The notes below the pieces were generated by a model. The model had not been told where the DNA came from and made no database searches. It saw nothing but the letters and a program-made list of their open reading frames with translations. A stretch of 64,000 bases of DNA from Chloroflexota bacterium (GTDB lineage Bacteria > Chloroflexota > UBA11872): assembly GCA_028874175.1 (NCBI GenBank), contig JAPPLN010000069.1, forward strand, positions 606 through 64,605, read 5' to 3'. The translations under genes were made by a program, and so were the position numbers. This document shows, in pieces, positions 1-9,400 of this stretch. Position 1 is the first letter of the stretch. Each line of letters begins with the position of its first letter.

Positions 1-24
1 CCGCATCCGGGTCTGGGGGGCTAG

Positions 25-1359
25 CTAGGTGTCGTCGTTGCGCCGCGCGACCAGCCGCGGCTCGTCCGCTTGCAGCTGCGCCGCGCACTCCTTGGCGATC
101 CGCACGTTGTAGTTCGTCCCCCGGTCCTCCGGGTAGATCTGCGCCGTGTTGCAGATATAGAACCCTGGAATCGGCGACGCATACGGCGGCTTGCGCCGCT
201 GGTACCCCGCCTCGATCACCGGCTGCGCCACCGGATCCCGCGACACCCACGCCTCCTCGATGTGCTCCCGCCGAAACGTCGGGAACACCTGCGCGATCGG
301 ATCCACGAACCGCTCGATCAACACGTCGTCGTCCAGCTGGAAGAACTCGTGCTCCGGCGGCAGGTAGTTGCTCACATACAGCAGCCGCTTGCCGCCGTAG
401 CGCTCGCGATCGACGTAGTTCGTGTGCTCGATTAGCCCGGCAAACGGCAGGTCCCGGTCGCCGATGTTGGTCCAGTAATAGCGCGACAGCTGCTCGCGAA
501 TCTGGATCAATGCCACGCACGCCCCCACATACGATGTGGCGGCCAGCGAGTCCGTGAACCCGCGCCGTGACGCCGGCAACAGCCGCCGGATGATCGGCAG
601 CCCCACGGTCGCCACCACGGCGTCCGCTTCCAGCGGCTCGTCGTTCACCCGCAGCGCGGGCGCTCCGGGCTCCCCGATCGTGATCTCCTGCACCGGCGAA
701 GCCAGCCGCAGCTCGGCCCCGCGCTCACGCACCGAGTCCGCCAGCGCGTCCACGATCACCCGGAAGCTCCCGCGGAAATACCCCAGCCGCTCCCGCCGCT
801 TGTCCGCCGTCCGCGTGCGCGCCCGAGCCATCAGCCGCGCCCACATCCACGCCATCGACACCGATTCCCAGTGCCCCGCGAACTTGGCCCGCAGCATCGA
901 GGCGAAAATCGCCTCAAAGGCCTCCCGCCCCACGTACCGCGGCAAGACCTCCGCCGCCGTCAGGTCCTCAAATGGTCCATAGTCGCGTCGCCGCTGCAGC
1001 AGCACCGATCCAAGCCCCAGCCGCAGCCGCGCCCACGGACTCAACGCCCCGAACTTCAGGAGATCCAGCGGCGAGGTGAACGGGTAGAGCCGGCCGCCCA
1101 GGTAGTAGCCCATCTCAGGCTCCGGCCATTCCAGCCGGTCGCCAACGCCCAGCTCCTCGGCAAGGCCGATCATGAAGCTGTCGTGGGTGAACAGGTGGTG
1201 GTAGAACCGCTCCACCGGCTCTCCGCCCACCTCCACCGTGGCCAGCTCCCCGCCCGGCCGCGGCGCCGCCTCCACCAGCGTGACGCCGTGACCCAGCTTC
1301 AGCAGCTCATGCGCCAGCGCCAGCCCGGTAATGCCGGCGCCAACAATCACAACCTTCAC
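25..1359 (-). CDS. FAD/NAD(P)-dependent oxidoreductase (amine-oxidase/phytoene-desaturase-like fold)
   Basis: 444-aa ORF. N-terminal Rossmann dinucleotide motif VVIVGAGITGLALAHEL followed by an acidic residue ~20 aa later. The length is typical for flavin amine oxidase-like enzymes. A 4-nt overlap (ATGA) with the upstream membrane glycosyltransferase gene implies co-transcription. Confidence 0.75.
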   Translation of the reverse strand: MKVVIVGAGITGLALAHELLKLGHGVTLVEAAPRPGGELATVEVGGEPVERFYHHLFTHDSFMIGLAEELGVGDRLEWPEPEMGYYLGGRLYPFTSPLDLLKFGALSPWARLRLGLGSVLLQRRRDYGPFEDLTAAEVLPRYVGREAFEAIFASMLRAKFAGHWESVSMAWMWARLMARARTRTADKRRERLGYFRGSFRVIVDALADSVRERGAELRLASPVQEITIGEPGAPALRVNDEPLEADAVVATVGLPIIRRLLPASRRGFTDSLAATSYVGACVALIQIREQLSRYYWTNIGDRDLPFAGLIEHTNYVDRERYGGKRLLYVSNYLPPEHEFFQLDDDVLIERFVDPIAQVFPTFRREHIEEAWVSRDPVAQPVIEAGYQRRKPPYASPIPGFYICNTAQIYPEDRGTNYNVRIAKECAAQLQADEPRLVARRNDDT

Positions 1360-3041
1360 AGGCGGAAGGGTCCCAGCGGCCCCTCTTTCAGCAGGTCGGT
1401 CCGCACATACAGCATGAAGTCATACGAGCCCTTGGGAACCGGCGGCTCCTGGCGCGTCACCAACCAGTGTAGGAAGGAACTGCGCGCCTCCGGATCCGCC
1501 AGGAACTCGCCCAGGAATCCCAGGTCCCAGCTCTTGTACGTGTGTTCCGGGAACCACCAGCGCAGCTTCATCCGTCGGCCCACGAATTCGGGAAGCTGGA
1601 TGCCCAGTGTGTCGGCACTGGACGGCGACATGAGCACGATCTGCGCCTGCTGGGCGTCCTCCAGGTTCATGTCCTTCGTGTACAGCGCGTCCGTGTAGTC
1701 GCGCAGGTACCAGACCGTCGGCCAGGCGTAGTTGTTGTCGATGAGGATGGACAGCTTCTCGCCCTGACCGGTTCGCCTGGCGACCTCGTCCGCGATCGTG
1801 GCGACTGTCTTCACGTCATCCGTGGACTGCACGTACACGACCATGTCGTTGGGCACGCTGCCCCGCTCGTACGTAATTGGAACGGCGAACCACAGGGTCC
1901 AGAAGAGCAGGCCGGTGCTAAGCAGCCCCACAACGAATCGAGGAATACGAGGACGGGTCTCATCGAACCAGCGGCCCACCCACCAGCACGCCAGCAACAT
2001 AGGCGGCCACAGCAGGTGCAGCACCAGCCACGGCGCCTTCTCGCCGGCCGCCGAATAGACGATCCAGATCACGACGATCCAAACGCCCAGCACAAACGGG
2101 AGCAGGTGCCGGGCACTGCGTCCGCGAACCAGGGCAACCGCACCAAACAAGAGCGCAAAGGGCTCGTACAGACCCAGGAACATCGCGTAATAGAACCACG
2201 GCTGATTGACCCGCTCGGACTCATGGACGCTGGTCCAGTACTCGATGGAACTGGTGAACGCCGCACGGAAACCCGGAAGGTGGGTGAGGAACGACGTATA
2301 GAACGCAAACACGATCAGCACAAAGGTGAGAGCGCCGTAGACCACATGCTCGACGTCGTAGCCGAGCGAGCGAAATGCATTTAGAGCCTGGTCGCCCAGC
2401 GGGGACACGCCGGGTCCACGGCGCGAGGCGCGAAACGCCAGCCCACCCACGGCAATCAGGACCATCAACAGCGCAAACCCGTGAATGAAGGTGTTTTCCT
2501 TAGTCGCCAGCGAGAGCCCCAGAGTCGCCCAGGCCAGGTAGATCCAGCGCCGCCGCGGCTGTTCCAGGTAGCGCATCACCGAGCCGATGAGCAGCAGCGT
2601 GAACAACGCCACGTATATGTCCATGCGCAGGAAGCGCGAGTAGTAGAGGAACGACGTCGAGATGGTCATGGCCGCCATCGCCAGTGGCGTGCCGGTGCGG
2701 CCCAATTCGGGGCGGAAGATCAGCAGGGCGCCGACCGAAGCCACGCCAAACAGCGCCGGGATCACGCGCCCCAGGCCATCGGTGACTCCGGCGGCCAGGA
2801 ACACGATCACATTGCCGAAATAGAGCAGCGGCCCGTGGTACGCCGGGTCGTACCGGAACTGCTTGCCGTTGATCATGTCGTTGGATTCTTTGGCGTGGAT
2901 GGCCTCGTCGTGGTGGTAGACCCGCTCGCCCAAATCGAAGAAGCGCAGGCCCGCGGCGGCGGCCAGAATCAGGACGTAGAGCAGCCACTCCCCGCGCGAC
3001 CAGCCAAACCAGGCCGGGCGAGCCAGCCAGCCCCGGACCAT
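1356..3041 (-). CDS. GT-C fold integral membrane glycosyltransferase (family 39 / ArnT-PMT-like, TIGR03663-type)
   Basis: Many predicted TM helices. A first-loop Y-H-H-D-E motif (VYHHDEAIHA) matches the conserved DE motif of PMT/ArnT-type GT-C enzymes. The ORF track starts at 3296, but the first 85 codons are Arg-rich low complexity and overlap the upstream gene. An ATG at 3041 (MVRGWLARPAWFGW...) lies 15 nt after the upstream stop and is the likely start. Confidence 0.65.
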   Translation of the reverse strand: MVRGWLARPAWFGWSRGEWLLYVLILAAAAGLRFFDLGERVYHHDEAIHAKESNDMINGKQFRYDPAYHGPLLYFGNVIVFLAAGVTDGLGRVIPALFGVASVGALLIFRPELGRTGTPLAMAAMTISTSFLYYSRFLRMDIYVALFTLLLIGSVMRYLEQPRRRWIYLAWATLGLSLATKENTFIHGFALLMVLIAVGGLAFRASRRGPGVSPLGDQALNAFRSLGYDVEHVVYGALTFVLIVFAFYTSFLTHLPGFRAAFTSSIEYWTSVHESERVNQPWFYYAMFLGLYEPFALLFGAVALVRGRSARHLLPFVLGVWIVVIWIVYSAAGEKAPWLVLHLLWPPMLLACWWVGRWFDETRPRIPRFVVGLLSTGLLFWTLWFAVPITYERGSVPNDMVVYVQSTDDVKTVATIADEVARRTGQGEKLSILIDNNYAWPTVWYLRDYTDALYTKDMNLEDAQQAQIVLMSPSSADTLGIQLPEFVGRRMKLRWWFPEHTYKSWDLGFLGEFLADPEARSSFLHWLVTRQEPPVPKGSYDFMLYVRTDLLKEGPLGPFRL

Positions 3042-3055
3042 GTGCGAGCCGGCGC

Positions 3056-5236
3056 TCACGGGCCCGTTCCAACCCTGAAGATCGTCGTGCCGCCTATGGT
3101 GAATACCGCGCTGAGATCCTGGCCCAGGCGCTCCACGACTTCGGGCCCATAACGTTCGCGCTCGCTGTCCCCGGCCACGACGTGCGTCACGCCATAGCGG
3201 TCCAGCACCGCACGCCGCAGCGCCGAGTCGTCGGTCCGGTAGGCGGTGTCGGTATCGGCCGTACGAGCGGCGATCCGCGGATCGGACTCCCGCCACAGCT
3301 CTTCGTGTTGGGTCCAGCCGATCACGCTCGGGATTCCCGTCCAGGTGGACATTCGCGAGTCGCCGGAGTAGGCGCGGCCGGGCGCCTCAAGCAGCACGGC
3401 GCCGCCCGGGGCGTGCCTGCGCAGCCATTCGGCCGCAGCAACCTCCGAGGGTCGGCCGAGCCGGTCGGCGGCCAGTCCGTCCAACGATCCGGACACTGAG
3501 CTAGCCTCGGTCTTGGCCTTAGTGGCAACGATCGGATAGGTCAGCGCGGGGACCGCCAGCAGCGCAAACACGGTCAGCGCGGTCGCGCGCGTGAGCGTCA
3601 GGCGCAAGCCGCCCGGTTGGGTGAGACGGCGCCAGGCCAAAACCAGGCCCGGTCCCGCCGCAATGGCCAGCAGACTCCAGGCTTGGTAATGCAGCTTGAA
3701 CACCGTATTCATACGTTCGTTAGGCGGGCCAAAGAAGTCGTCCACGTAGAGAGCCTCAACGACCGTGAGGAGTCCCAGGCCGGCAACCAGCAGCCAGAGC
3801 AGCGCCGCGAGCCCCGGCTCGACCCGATGGATCCAGAGCGCATAGACGCTGAGAACGAGCAGCGCGGCAATCGCAACCACGACCTCCCCGCGTGCGATCA
3901 GCGTAGCCCCGGCGCCAGCGGCGAGCAGGATGACCAGAAAGAGGCGGCCGTCCGGCCGGACATCCCAGAGCAGGACGGCCAGCGTCACGACTGCCGCGCC
4001 CAACAGCAGTCCGAACACCTGGAAGTAGTCGAGCACCTCGCTTCTGACCGTCACAACGCCGATCCCACGGCTGCCGGGCGCATAGTTCAGGGTATAGGGC
4101 AGCCAGGCGGCGACGGCCACGATCAGCGCAGCGGCGGTTGGGGGCACCAGGGCCAGCAGTCGCGACCGCACCCGCCAGGCCGCCACCACGCCAGCCGCCA
4201 GCACCAGGCCCGCGAACGTGGGCGCGTCCCAGGCATTGAGCGCATAGAGACCTCCCAGCACCAGCCCGGTCAGCGCGCCGCGCGCGAGTCGCTCGGCCAG
4301 GGAATCGGGCTTCGGCCGCGCCCCCGCCACCATCCACTGCACGGCCAGCGAGACGGCCATCAGCGTGATCGGAAGCGCCATCACGTGCGGGTGCAAGTCG
4401 CCCAGGACGAAGGAGAAGGCCGGGAATTCATTGATCGTGTAGTCGATCACCTGGCCGCCGTCCTCGCGCTGAATTGTGCGCGAGGCATTCCAGCCAATGC
4501 CCCTCCAGAAGCCTGTGGGCGCGTCCGGGCTCTCCGAGAAGATGTCGCGCAGGACGGCCAGATTGCCGGCCACCATGGTGAGCATGAGTGCCAGCACGGC
4601 CGCCGCCTTGCGGGCTCGCCTCCCGGCGCCCGTCAGCACGGCCAGGTCGTAGCCGGCGGAAGCGGCAGCCACGCCGCCAAGCGCAAAGAGCGCGGCCAGG
4701 GCCAGGTTGTAGCCGACGGCCGGCTCCGCGCCGCTGAGATGCAGACCGAACGCGGCCATGGAGTACCCGAGGTAGTAATAGTTGATGGTCTCGCCGGCAA
4801 ACCACGGATCGGGCGGGGGAAAGGACGTCGCATGGGCGGTGGCGTTGAGCAGTGCCAGGTCCATGGGCTTCTCTGTTCCGCCGATCTCGGGATTGAGCCA
4901 GCGAAGTCCGGCGCCCACCACAAACAGCGCCAGCAACGAGATGCAGCCCACCGCCCACAGCCGCCCGCGGCCGCGCAGATCACCAAGATGAGGACGCAGC
5001 ATCCAGGTCAGCAGCGCGCTGAGCGTGGCGAATGCCACCAGCGTGGCGGCTGCGTATCCGCGTCCATTGCTGAGCAGGCCCGTTGAGAGTCCGGCCCAGG
5101 CGAGATAATGGGCCAGGAACAGCCCAACCGGCGCCGCCAGCAGCACGCCGCGCGAGGGCAAACATCGACACAAGAGGAACGCCCACGGCAGCCCGAGAAT
5201 GGACAACACCGCCAAGGCGACAGCCCAGAGCAGCAC
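3056..5236 (-). CDS. Large polytopic membrane protein (DUF2298-like, putative GT-C/oligosaccharyltransferase-like)
   Basis: 726-aa ORF with more than 12 hydrophobic helices in the N-terminal 500 aa and a soluble ~200-aa C-terminal domain. This architecture resembles DUF2298/AglB-like proteins. It sits directly upstream of the GT39-like gene in the same orientation. Confidence 0.5.
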   Translation of the reverse strand: MLLWAVALAVLSILGLPWAFLLCRCLPSRGVLLAAPVGLFLAHYLAWAGLSTGLLSNGRGYAAATLVAFATLSALLTWMLRPHLGDLRGRGRLWAVGCISLLALFVVGAGLRWLNPEIGGTEKPMDLALLNATAHATSFPPPDPWFAGETINYYYLGYSMAAFGLHLSGAEPAVGYNLALAALFALGGVAAASAGYDLAVLTGAGRRARKAAAVLALMLTMVAGNLAVLRDIFSESPDAPTGFWRGIGWNASRTIQREDGGQVIDYTINEFPAFSFVLGDLHPHVMALPITLMAVSLAVQWMVAGARPKPDSLAERLARGALTGLVLGGLYALNAWDAPTFAGLVLAAGVVAAWRVRSRLLALVPPTAAALIVAVAAWLPYTLNYAPGSRGIGVVTVRSEVLDYFQVFGLLLGAAVVTLAVLLWDVRPDGRLFLVILLAAGAGATLIARGEVVVAIAALLVLSVYALWIHRVEPGLAALLWLLVAGLGLLTVVEALYVDDFFGPPNERMNTVFKLHYQAWSLLAIAAGPGLVLAWRRLTQPGGLRLTLTRATALTVFALLAVPALTYPIVATKAKTEASSVSGSLDGLAADRLGRPSEVAAAEWLRRHAPGGAVLLEAPGRAYSGDSRMSTWTGIPSVIGWTQHEELWRESDPRIAARTADTDTAYRTDDSALRRAVLDRYGVTHVVAGDSERERYGPEVVERLGQDLSAVFTIGGTTIFRVGTGP

Positions 5237-5361
5237 GTCGATGGCGCGATGCCTTTCGAGTTCGCCAGCGGTGGAGGAGTTGAGGCCAGAATAGCCAGTG
5301 AGCCTCGAGCAACCAGGACTTACCCGTCATTTCTGATGCTCCTGCCCGACGCGGCCCGCAC

Positions 5362-6887
5362 ATGAGCACGCTGCCTCCGGCACGCCGCAAGCCGCGGTCG
5401 GCCGCAAACCCCGCGGAGCTCTCGCGTCGGGCACTGATGCGGGCCAGCCTGATCGCGGGCAGCGGGCTTTTGGCTGCATGCACGTTGGACCGGAGCGGGT
5501 CTGAGCTACCGCCAGTGACTCTGCCGCCGGTGGCAGTCGTGCAACCGCCGCCGCTGCCCACCAATACTCCGAAACCGACCGCATCTCCGCCCACGGCTGC
5601 GTCGGCAAGCGGCGGCGCTCCGCGGTCACCCGCCGCCGCCATTCAGTTCGAAACCTGGGGTCCCCGGGTGCTGCTCAACGCCTTTCGCGAGATCGAACAG
5701 GAGTTTCGTAAGGCAATCCCCTGGATCACGGTGCAGGCGCGTCTGGACAATGCACTCACCTCGGATCGGCTGCGCACTCGTCTGCGGAAAGGCCAGGGAC
5801 CCGACGTCTCCCGAATCGAACCCGAAGACGTCTTTGACTTCACCGCGGCGGGCTTCCTCCACGGGCTGGGTGCCCGCGTTGATATGGACTCCGAACTGCG
5901 CGAAGCGGCGCCCGGCGCGCCAGCGGCCCGGACCGGCGCCGGCGGCGAGCTCTCGACACTCAGCATCGGAGCCACGCACCAGTGCGTGCTCTACAACTCG
6001 CAGCACCTCGAGTCGGTGGGCGTCGCGGCACCGATGAGTTGGGAATCCCCCTGGACGGTGGCTGAATTCGAGGAGGCCGCACGACGTCTGGTCATCGCCA
6101 GCAATCAGCGCGTGGAACGATTCGGACTGACGGCCATCCCGGCTTACGCTCGACCCGTTCTGGCCCAGGGAAGCGATGACTTCCTCGACGCCGAGCAACG
6201 GGCGTCGACCCTGGCGACTCCCGAGCGCCAGGAACGCCTGCAGCGGCTGACTGGCTGGCAGACCACGCTGGCCATTGAGTTGCCGACGGCCTTTCGTTTT
6301 GTGGCGCCATTCAGCGGCGCCTGGCTTCGATGCACATCGACCATACGGACGTGGGACGCTGGGTCCGTGCCAGCGTGCCCTGGGCCGTGGCGCCGCTTCC
6401 CGCCTGGGAAGGCCGTGAATCCCGCACCGAGGCCAACGAGCTATGCGTGGCCATACCGGCGCACAGCTCCGAGCCGGACGCCGCCTGGACGTTTGCCCGT
6501 TACCTGCTTGACGCCCCGGCGCAGCGCGCGCTCGCCCGCACCAATCTGCTGACGCCCGTGCGGCTGGAAACGCTGGAGGATCCGGCGTACCTGGATCCGA
6601 ACCAGCGGCCCTACAACCGCACACCGCTGATCCAGGCCGCCGCCCAGGCCACGCGCAGCCCGGCGCACCCGGGCGCCAAGGCCTGGCATGTGCTGACCGG
6701 TGACCCGATTGCCGTGGTACGCCAGGGCGACCAGGACGCCGCCGCCTATCTGGCGCGGGCGGACGCGCTCGTCACCCGGCAGCTCCGATTGCGCGGCTGG
6801 TCGGCGTCGGCCGACCGCCCCGGCTATCGGCAACCGATGCCCTACGGCAACCGGCTGCTGGCCGAACTGAAGGCGCGCGGAATCTAG
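5362..6887 (+). pseudogene. Extracellular solute-binding protein (ABC SBP family 1) with Tat signal and lipobox, disrupted by a frameshift
   Basis: The N-terminal ORF (5362..6552) starts with the twin-arginine motif SRRALMRASLIAGSGLLAAC (Tat plus lipobox) followed by SBP-like sequence. After ~6310 its translation becomes Arg/Pro-rich nonsense. A second ORF in another frame (6330..6887) encodes the typical SBP C-terminus (ELCVAIPAHSSEPDAAWTFARYLL...). The two pieces together make one SBP of ~500 aa with a -1/+2 frameshift near 6300-6340. Confidence 0.6.
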
Positions 6888-7294
6888 GCCTCGGCCAGCA
6901 GTCGGACTTCGACCGTCCGGGTCCGCGGCCCGTCGCACTCCATCAGCAGCACGTCCTGCCAGACTCCCACCTGCAGCCGTCCATCGATCACCGGCACCAT
7001 CGCCTGGTGACCGATCAGGTTGGCCCGGACGTGGGCGGCCGCGTTGTCTTCGGCCCCCTGGTTGTGCGCGTAACGACCCTCCCAGGGAACCAGGCGCTCC
7101 AGCGCCTGCGCAAAGTCGTCCAGAAGGCCGGCTTCAGGTTCGTTCAGGGTCACGGCGCAGGTGGTATGTGGAACGCTGACCAGCAGCAAACCGTTCCCGA
7201 CACCCTTGCCTTCAAGCGCATTCTGGATCTGTTGACCAATCGGGTGAACGGACGTTCGCGACGCAGTGGTAACGCGCAGGGTGGCAAGGGGCAT
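6884..7294 (-). CDS. yjbQ: YjbQ family protein (UPF0047, secondary thiamine-phosphate synthase-like)
   Basis: 136 aa. Conserved HTTCAVTLNE block and overall length match the YjbQ family. Confidence 0.8.
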   Translation of the reverse strand: MPLATLRVTTASRTSVHPIGQQIQNALEGKGVGNGLLLVSVPHTTCAVTLNEPEAGLLDDFAQALERLVPWEGRYAHNQGAEDNAAAHVRANLIGHQAMVPVIDGRLQVGVWQDVLLMECDGPRTRTVEVRLLAEA

Positions 7295-7319
7295 ATCAAG
7301 CCTCCGTCCCGGCGGGTCG

Positions 7320-7337
7320 ATGTTTCACGTGAAACAT
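7320..7337. repeat. 18-bp perfect palindrome ATGTTTCACGTGAAACAT (copy 1)
   Basis: Read directly in the sequence. It is intergenic, ~25 nt upstream of the yjbQ start and 25 nt downstream of the HAD hydrolase stop. An identical 18-mer occurs at 24736..24753. Confidence 0.9.
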
Positions 7338-7361
7338 TCGTGGAGCGTGAACGGAGGCGCT

Positions 7362-8147
7362 TCAGGCGTTTGCGTCGGCGTCATGGGGTTCCGGCGCCGG
7401 CTGGTCCGCGACAGGCTCGTTTAGCGAAAGCGATCGCCAGCCGGGCGCCAGCGCCATGCGTGCCGCATCCGCCAGGTCCCGAGCCGTGGCCACCCCCGGC
7501 GGCGCAGCCGATCCATCCCGCGCAACCCACACCACCGGCATCCCGCAACGACGCCCACCGGCCACGTCGTTCTCCAGGTCGTCGCCGATCAGCACGCAGT
7601 CCTTCAACCCGGCGCCCACGGCGGCGGCCGCCGCCTGGAAGATCTGCGGATCCGGCTTCTCCGCGCCCACGGCCGCCGAGAACACGATGGGGTCCAGCCG
7701 GTCGGCCAGCCCCAACCCGTCCAGCACCAGCGGCAGCAGGTAGCTGTAGTTGCTGAGCACGCCAACCCGCACCCCGGCCGCCTGGACCGCGTCGATCGCC
7801 GGCAGGGAATCCGGAAGCACCCGTGTCGCAAAGGCCTCGTGCAGTTCGGCGGCCATGTGGGCAACGTCCAGGCGCACGGGGCCGGTGTCTCCAAGCTCAT
7901 CCACATACACCCGCGCATCGTCCATCTTGAGCCGCTGGAAGTCCTCAGCGGTCCGGACGGAGGAAAAGTGGGCCTTGAAGTAGCGCATCTCGGCGTTCAA
8001 CGCCGCATCCAGGCGCTCGCGCGGCAAGTCGACGCCAGCCCTCCGCACCGCGTCGGCCATGTAGTCGAACGGCGAGGGGTCTGCGGGAAAGTGAATCAGC
8101 GTGCCGTACGCATCAAAAAACACGGCCGCCGGGTACGCATTGGTCAC
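7362..8147 (-). CDS. HAD-superfamily hydrolase
   Basis: 261 aa. N-terminal FFDAYGTL (HAD motif I-like) and C-terminal GDDLENDVAGG (motif IV) are present. Confidence 0.7.
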   Translation of the reverse strand: MTNAYPAAVFFDAYGTLIHFPADPSPFDYMADAVRRAGVDLPRERLDAALNAEMRYFKAHFSSVRTAEDFQRLKMDDARVYVDELGDTGPVRLDVAHMAAELHEAFATRVLPDSLPAIDAVQAAGVRVGVLSNYSYLLPLVLDGLGLADRLDPIVFSAAVGAEKPDPQIFQAAAAAVGAGLKDCVLIGDDLENDVAGGRRCGMPVVWVARDGSAAPPGVATARDLADAARMALAPGWRSLSLNEPVADQPAPEPHDADANA

Positions 8148-8313
8148 ACCCGAACCGTACCACCGGCCATGTCAAAACCGGCGTGTCGTTGCTACGTGCA
8201 ACGCCGGGTCGTTTCCATCGCGGCCGCCCGTGCCCGCCAGCGCCCGTCACGGCCCCGAAACGGCCACCGACCGGAACCTACCCGCTGTCCGCATCCCAGC
8301 GACGACCAATTGG

Positions 8314-9222
8314 TCAGCTGATGGGTTGGAACTTGTAGAGGGCGTCGTCGCGTTGGACTTCGCCCATGTAGATGGCGCCTTCGGTGTCGACCCAGATGCC
8401 GTGGGGGGCGCTGAACGCGGCGCCCCCGTCGCCCGGGTCTTCCCAGGAGGTGATGGTCTGGCCAGCGAGGTCGAGGATCGAGACGCGACCGCCGACCTCG
8501 GCGAGGTAGATGACGCCGGCGTCCTCGTCAACGAAAAAGTCGGAGGGCTGGCGAAAGCCGATCCACTCGTCCATGTAGACGCCATCGGGATCGAAGATCT
8601 GGATGCGGTGGTTCTCGCGGTCGGCGACCAGGATGCGGTCATCGCTGAGGGCCCAGATGCCGTGGGGCAGATCGAACTGGCCGGGGCCGGTGCCGGGCTC
8701 GCCCCAGCTGTTGAGTAACTGCCCGCTGGGCGCGAAGCGGTGGCAGCGGGTGTCGCCGTAGCCATCCGAGACGTAGATGGAGCCGTCGGCGCCGAGGTGG
8801 GTGTTGGTGGGGTGGTTGAAGTGGCCGCCGTCGGCGCTGGTGAAGTTGGGGTAGCCGATGCGGCGCACGACGCGACCCTCGGTGGTGGTGACCCAGACGA
8901 CGTGGGCGTAGCGGTCGGTCAGCCAGAGGTGCTCGTCGGCGTCCACGTAGACGCCGTGGGCGTGGTTGAGCAGGTCGTCGCCCCAGGTGTCGACGACGCG
9001 GCCGTCGGCGTCGAACACGACCATGGGGTGAGTGCCGCGACAGAAGCAGTAGACGCGGCCCTTGCTGTCCACGCCCACGCTGCCAATCCAGCCGAGGTAA
9101 ATGTCCGCCGGCAATTGCGGCCAGCCCTGCACGCGCTCGTAGCGATGCGATCCACTTCCTACCGGCATGGGTCCACCCTCATCGACAAGCCGTTGCGCGC
9201 CCATCCTAGTCGGCGGCGGCAC
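8314..9222 (-). CDS. NHL-repeat six-bladed beta-propeller protein (peptidyl-alpha-hydroxyglycine alpha-amidating lyase-like family)
   Basis: 302 aa. Repeated ~45-aa units carry the H-G-(I/V) and D..GR/N..(I/V)YV-(S/T)-D signatures typical of NHL propeller blades (e.g. PHGIWVDTEGAIYMGE, PHGIWALSDDRILVADREN). Confidence 0.7.
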   Translation of the reverse strand: MPPPTRMGAQRLVDEGGPMPVGSGSHRYERVQGWPQLPADIYLGWIGSVGVDSKGRVYCFCRGTHPMVVFDADGRVVDTWGDDLLNHAHGVYVDADEHLWLTDRYAHVVWVTTTEGRVVRRIGYPNFTSADGGHFNHPTNTHLGADGSIYVSDGYGDTRCHRFAPSGQLLNSWGEPGTGPGQFDLPHGIWALSDDRILVADRENHRIQIFDPDGVYMDEWIGFRQPSDFFVDEDAGVIYLAEVGGRVSILDLAGQTITSWEDPGDGGAAFSAPHGIWVDTEGAIYMGEVQRDDALYKFQPIS

Positions 9223-9400
9223 GGTGCGCTTGCGGTATGTCTGCGAGGTTTGCGCCTAGCAAGACTTAAGAAGTTCTCGGCTTAGTGATCCTCAAGTGAA
9301 CCGCAGGCCGCTGCAACGGCTCACCACACGTTCCCCCTTTATTGCCGCGGGGACTCTGTAGCAGAGCGAATCAAGGTATCGCCAAGCCGGTAACTCCCTG

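Noticed and set aside
3617-5086. 489-aa plus-strand ORF, plus many similar 100-450-aa ORFs (e.g. 24688..25563 -, 26100..27470 -, 29466..30590 -, 37023..38135 -, 5626..6624 -), that are extremely Arg/Pro/Gly/His-rich
   Set aside because: They lie antisense to, or out of frame with, well-supported genes. Their composition is the typical artefact of stop-codon-poor alternative frames in ~70% GC DNA, with no domain signatures.
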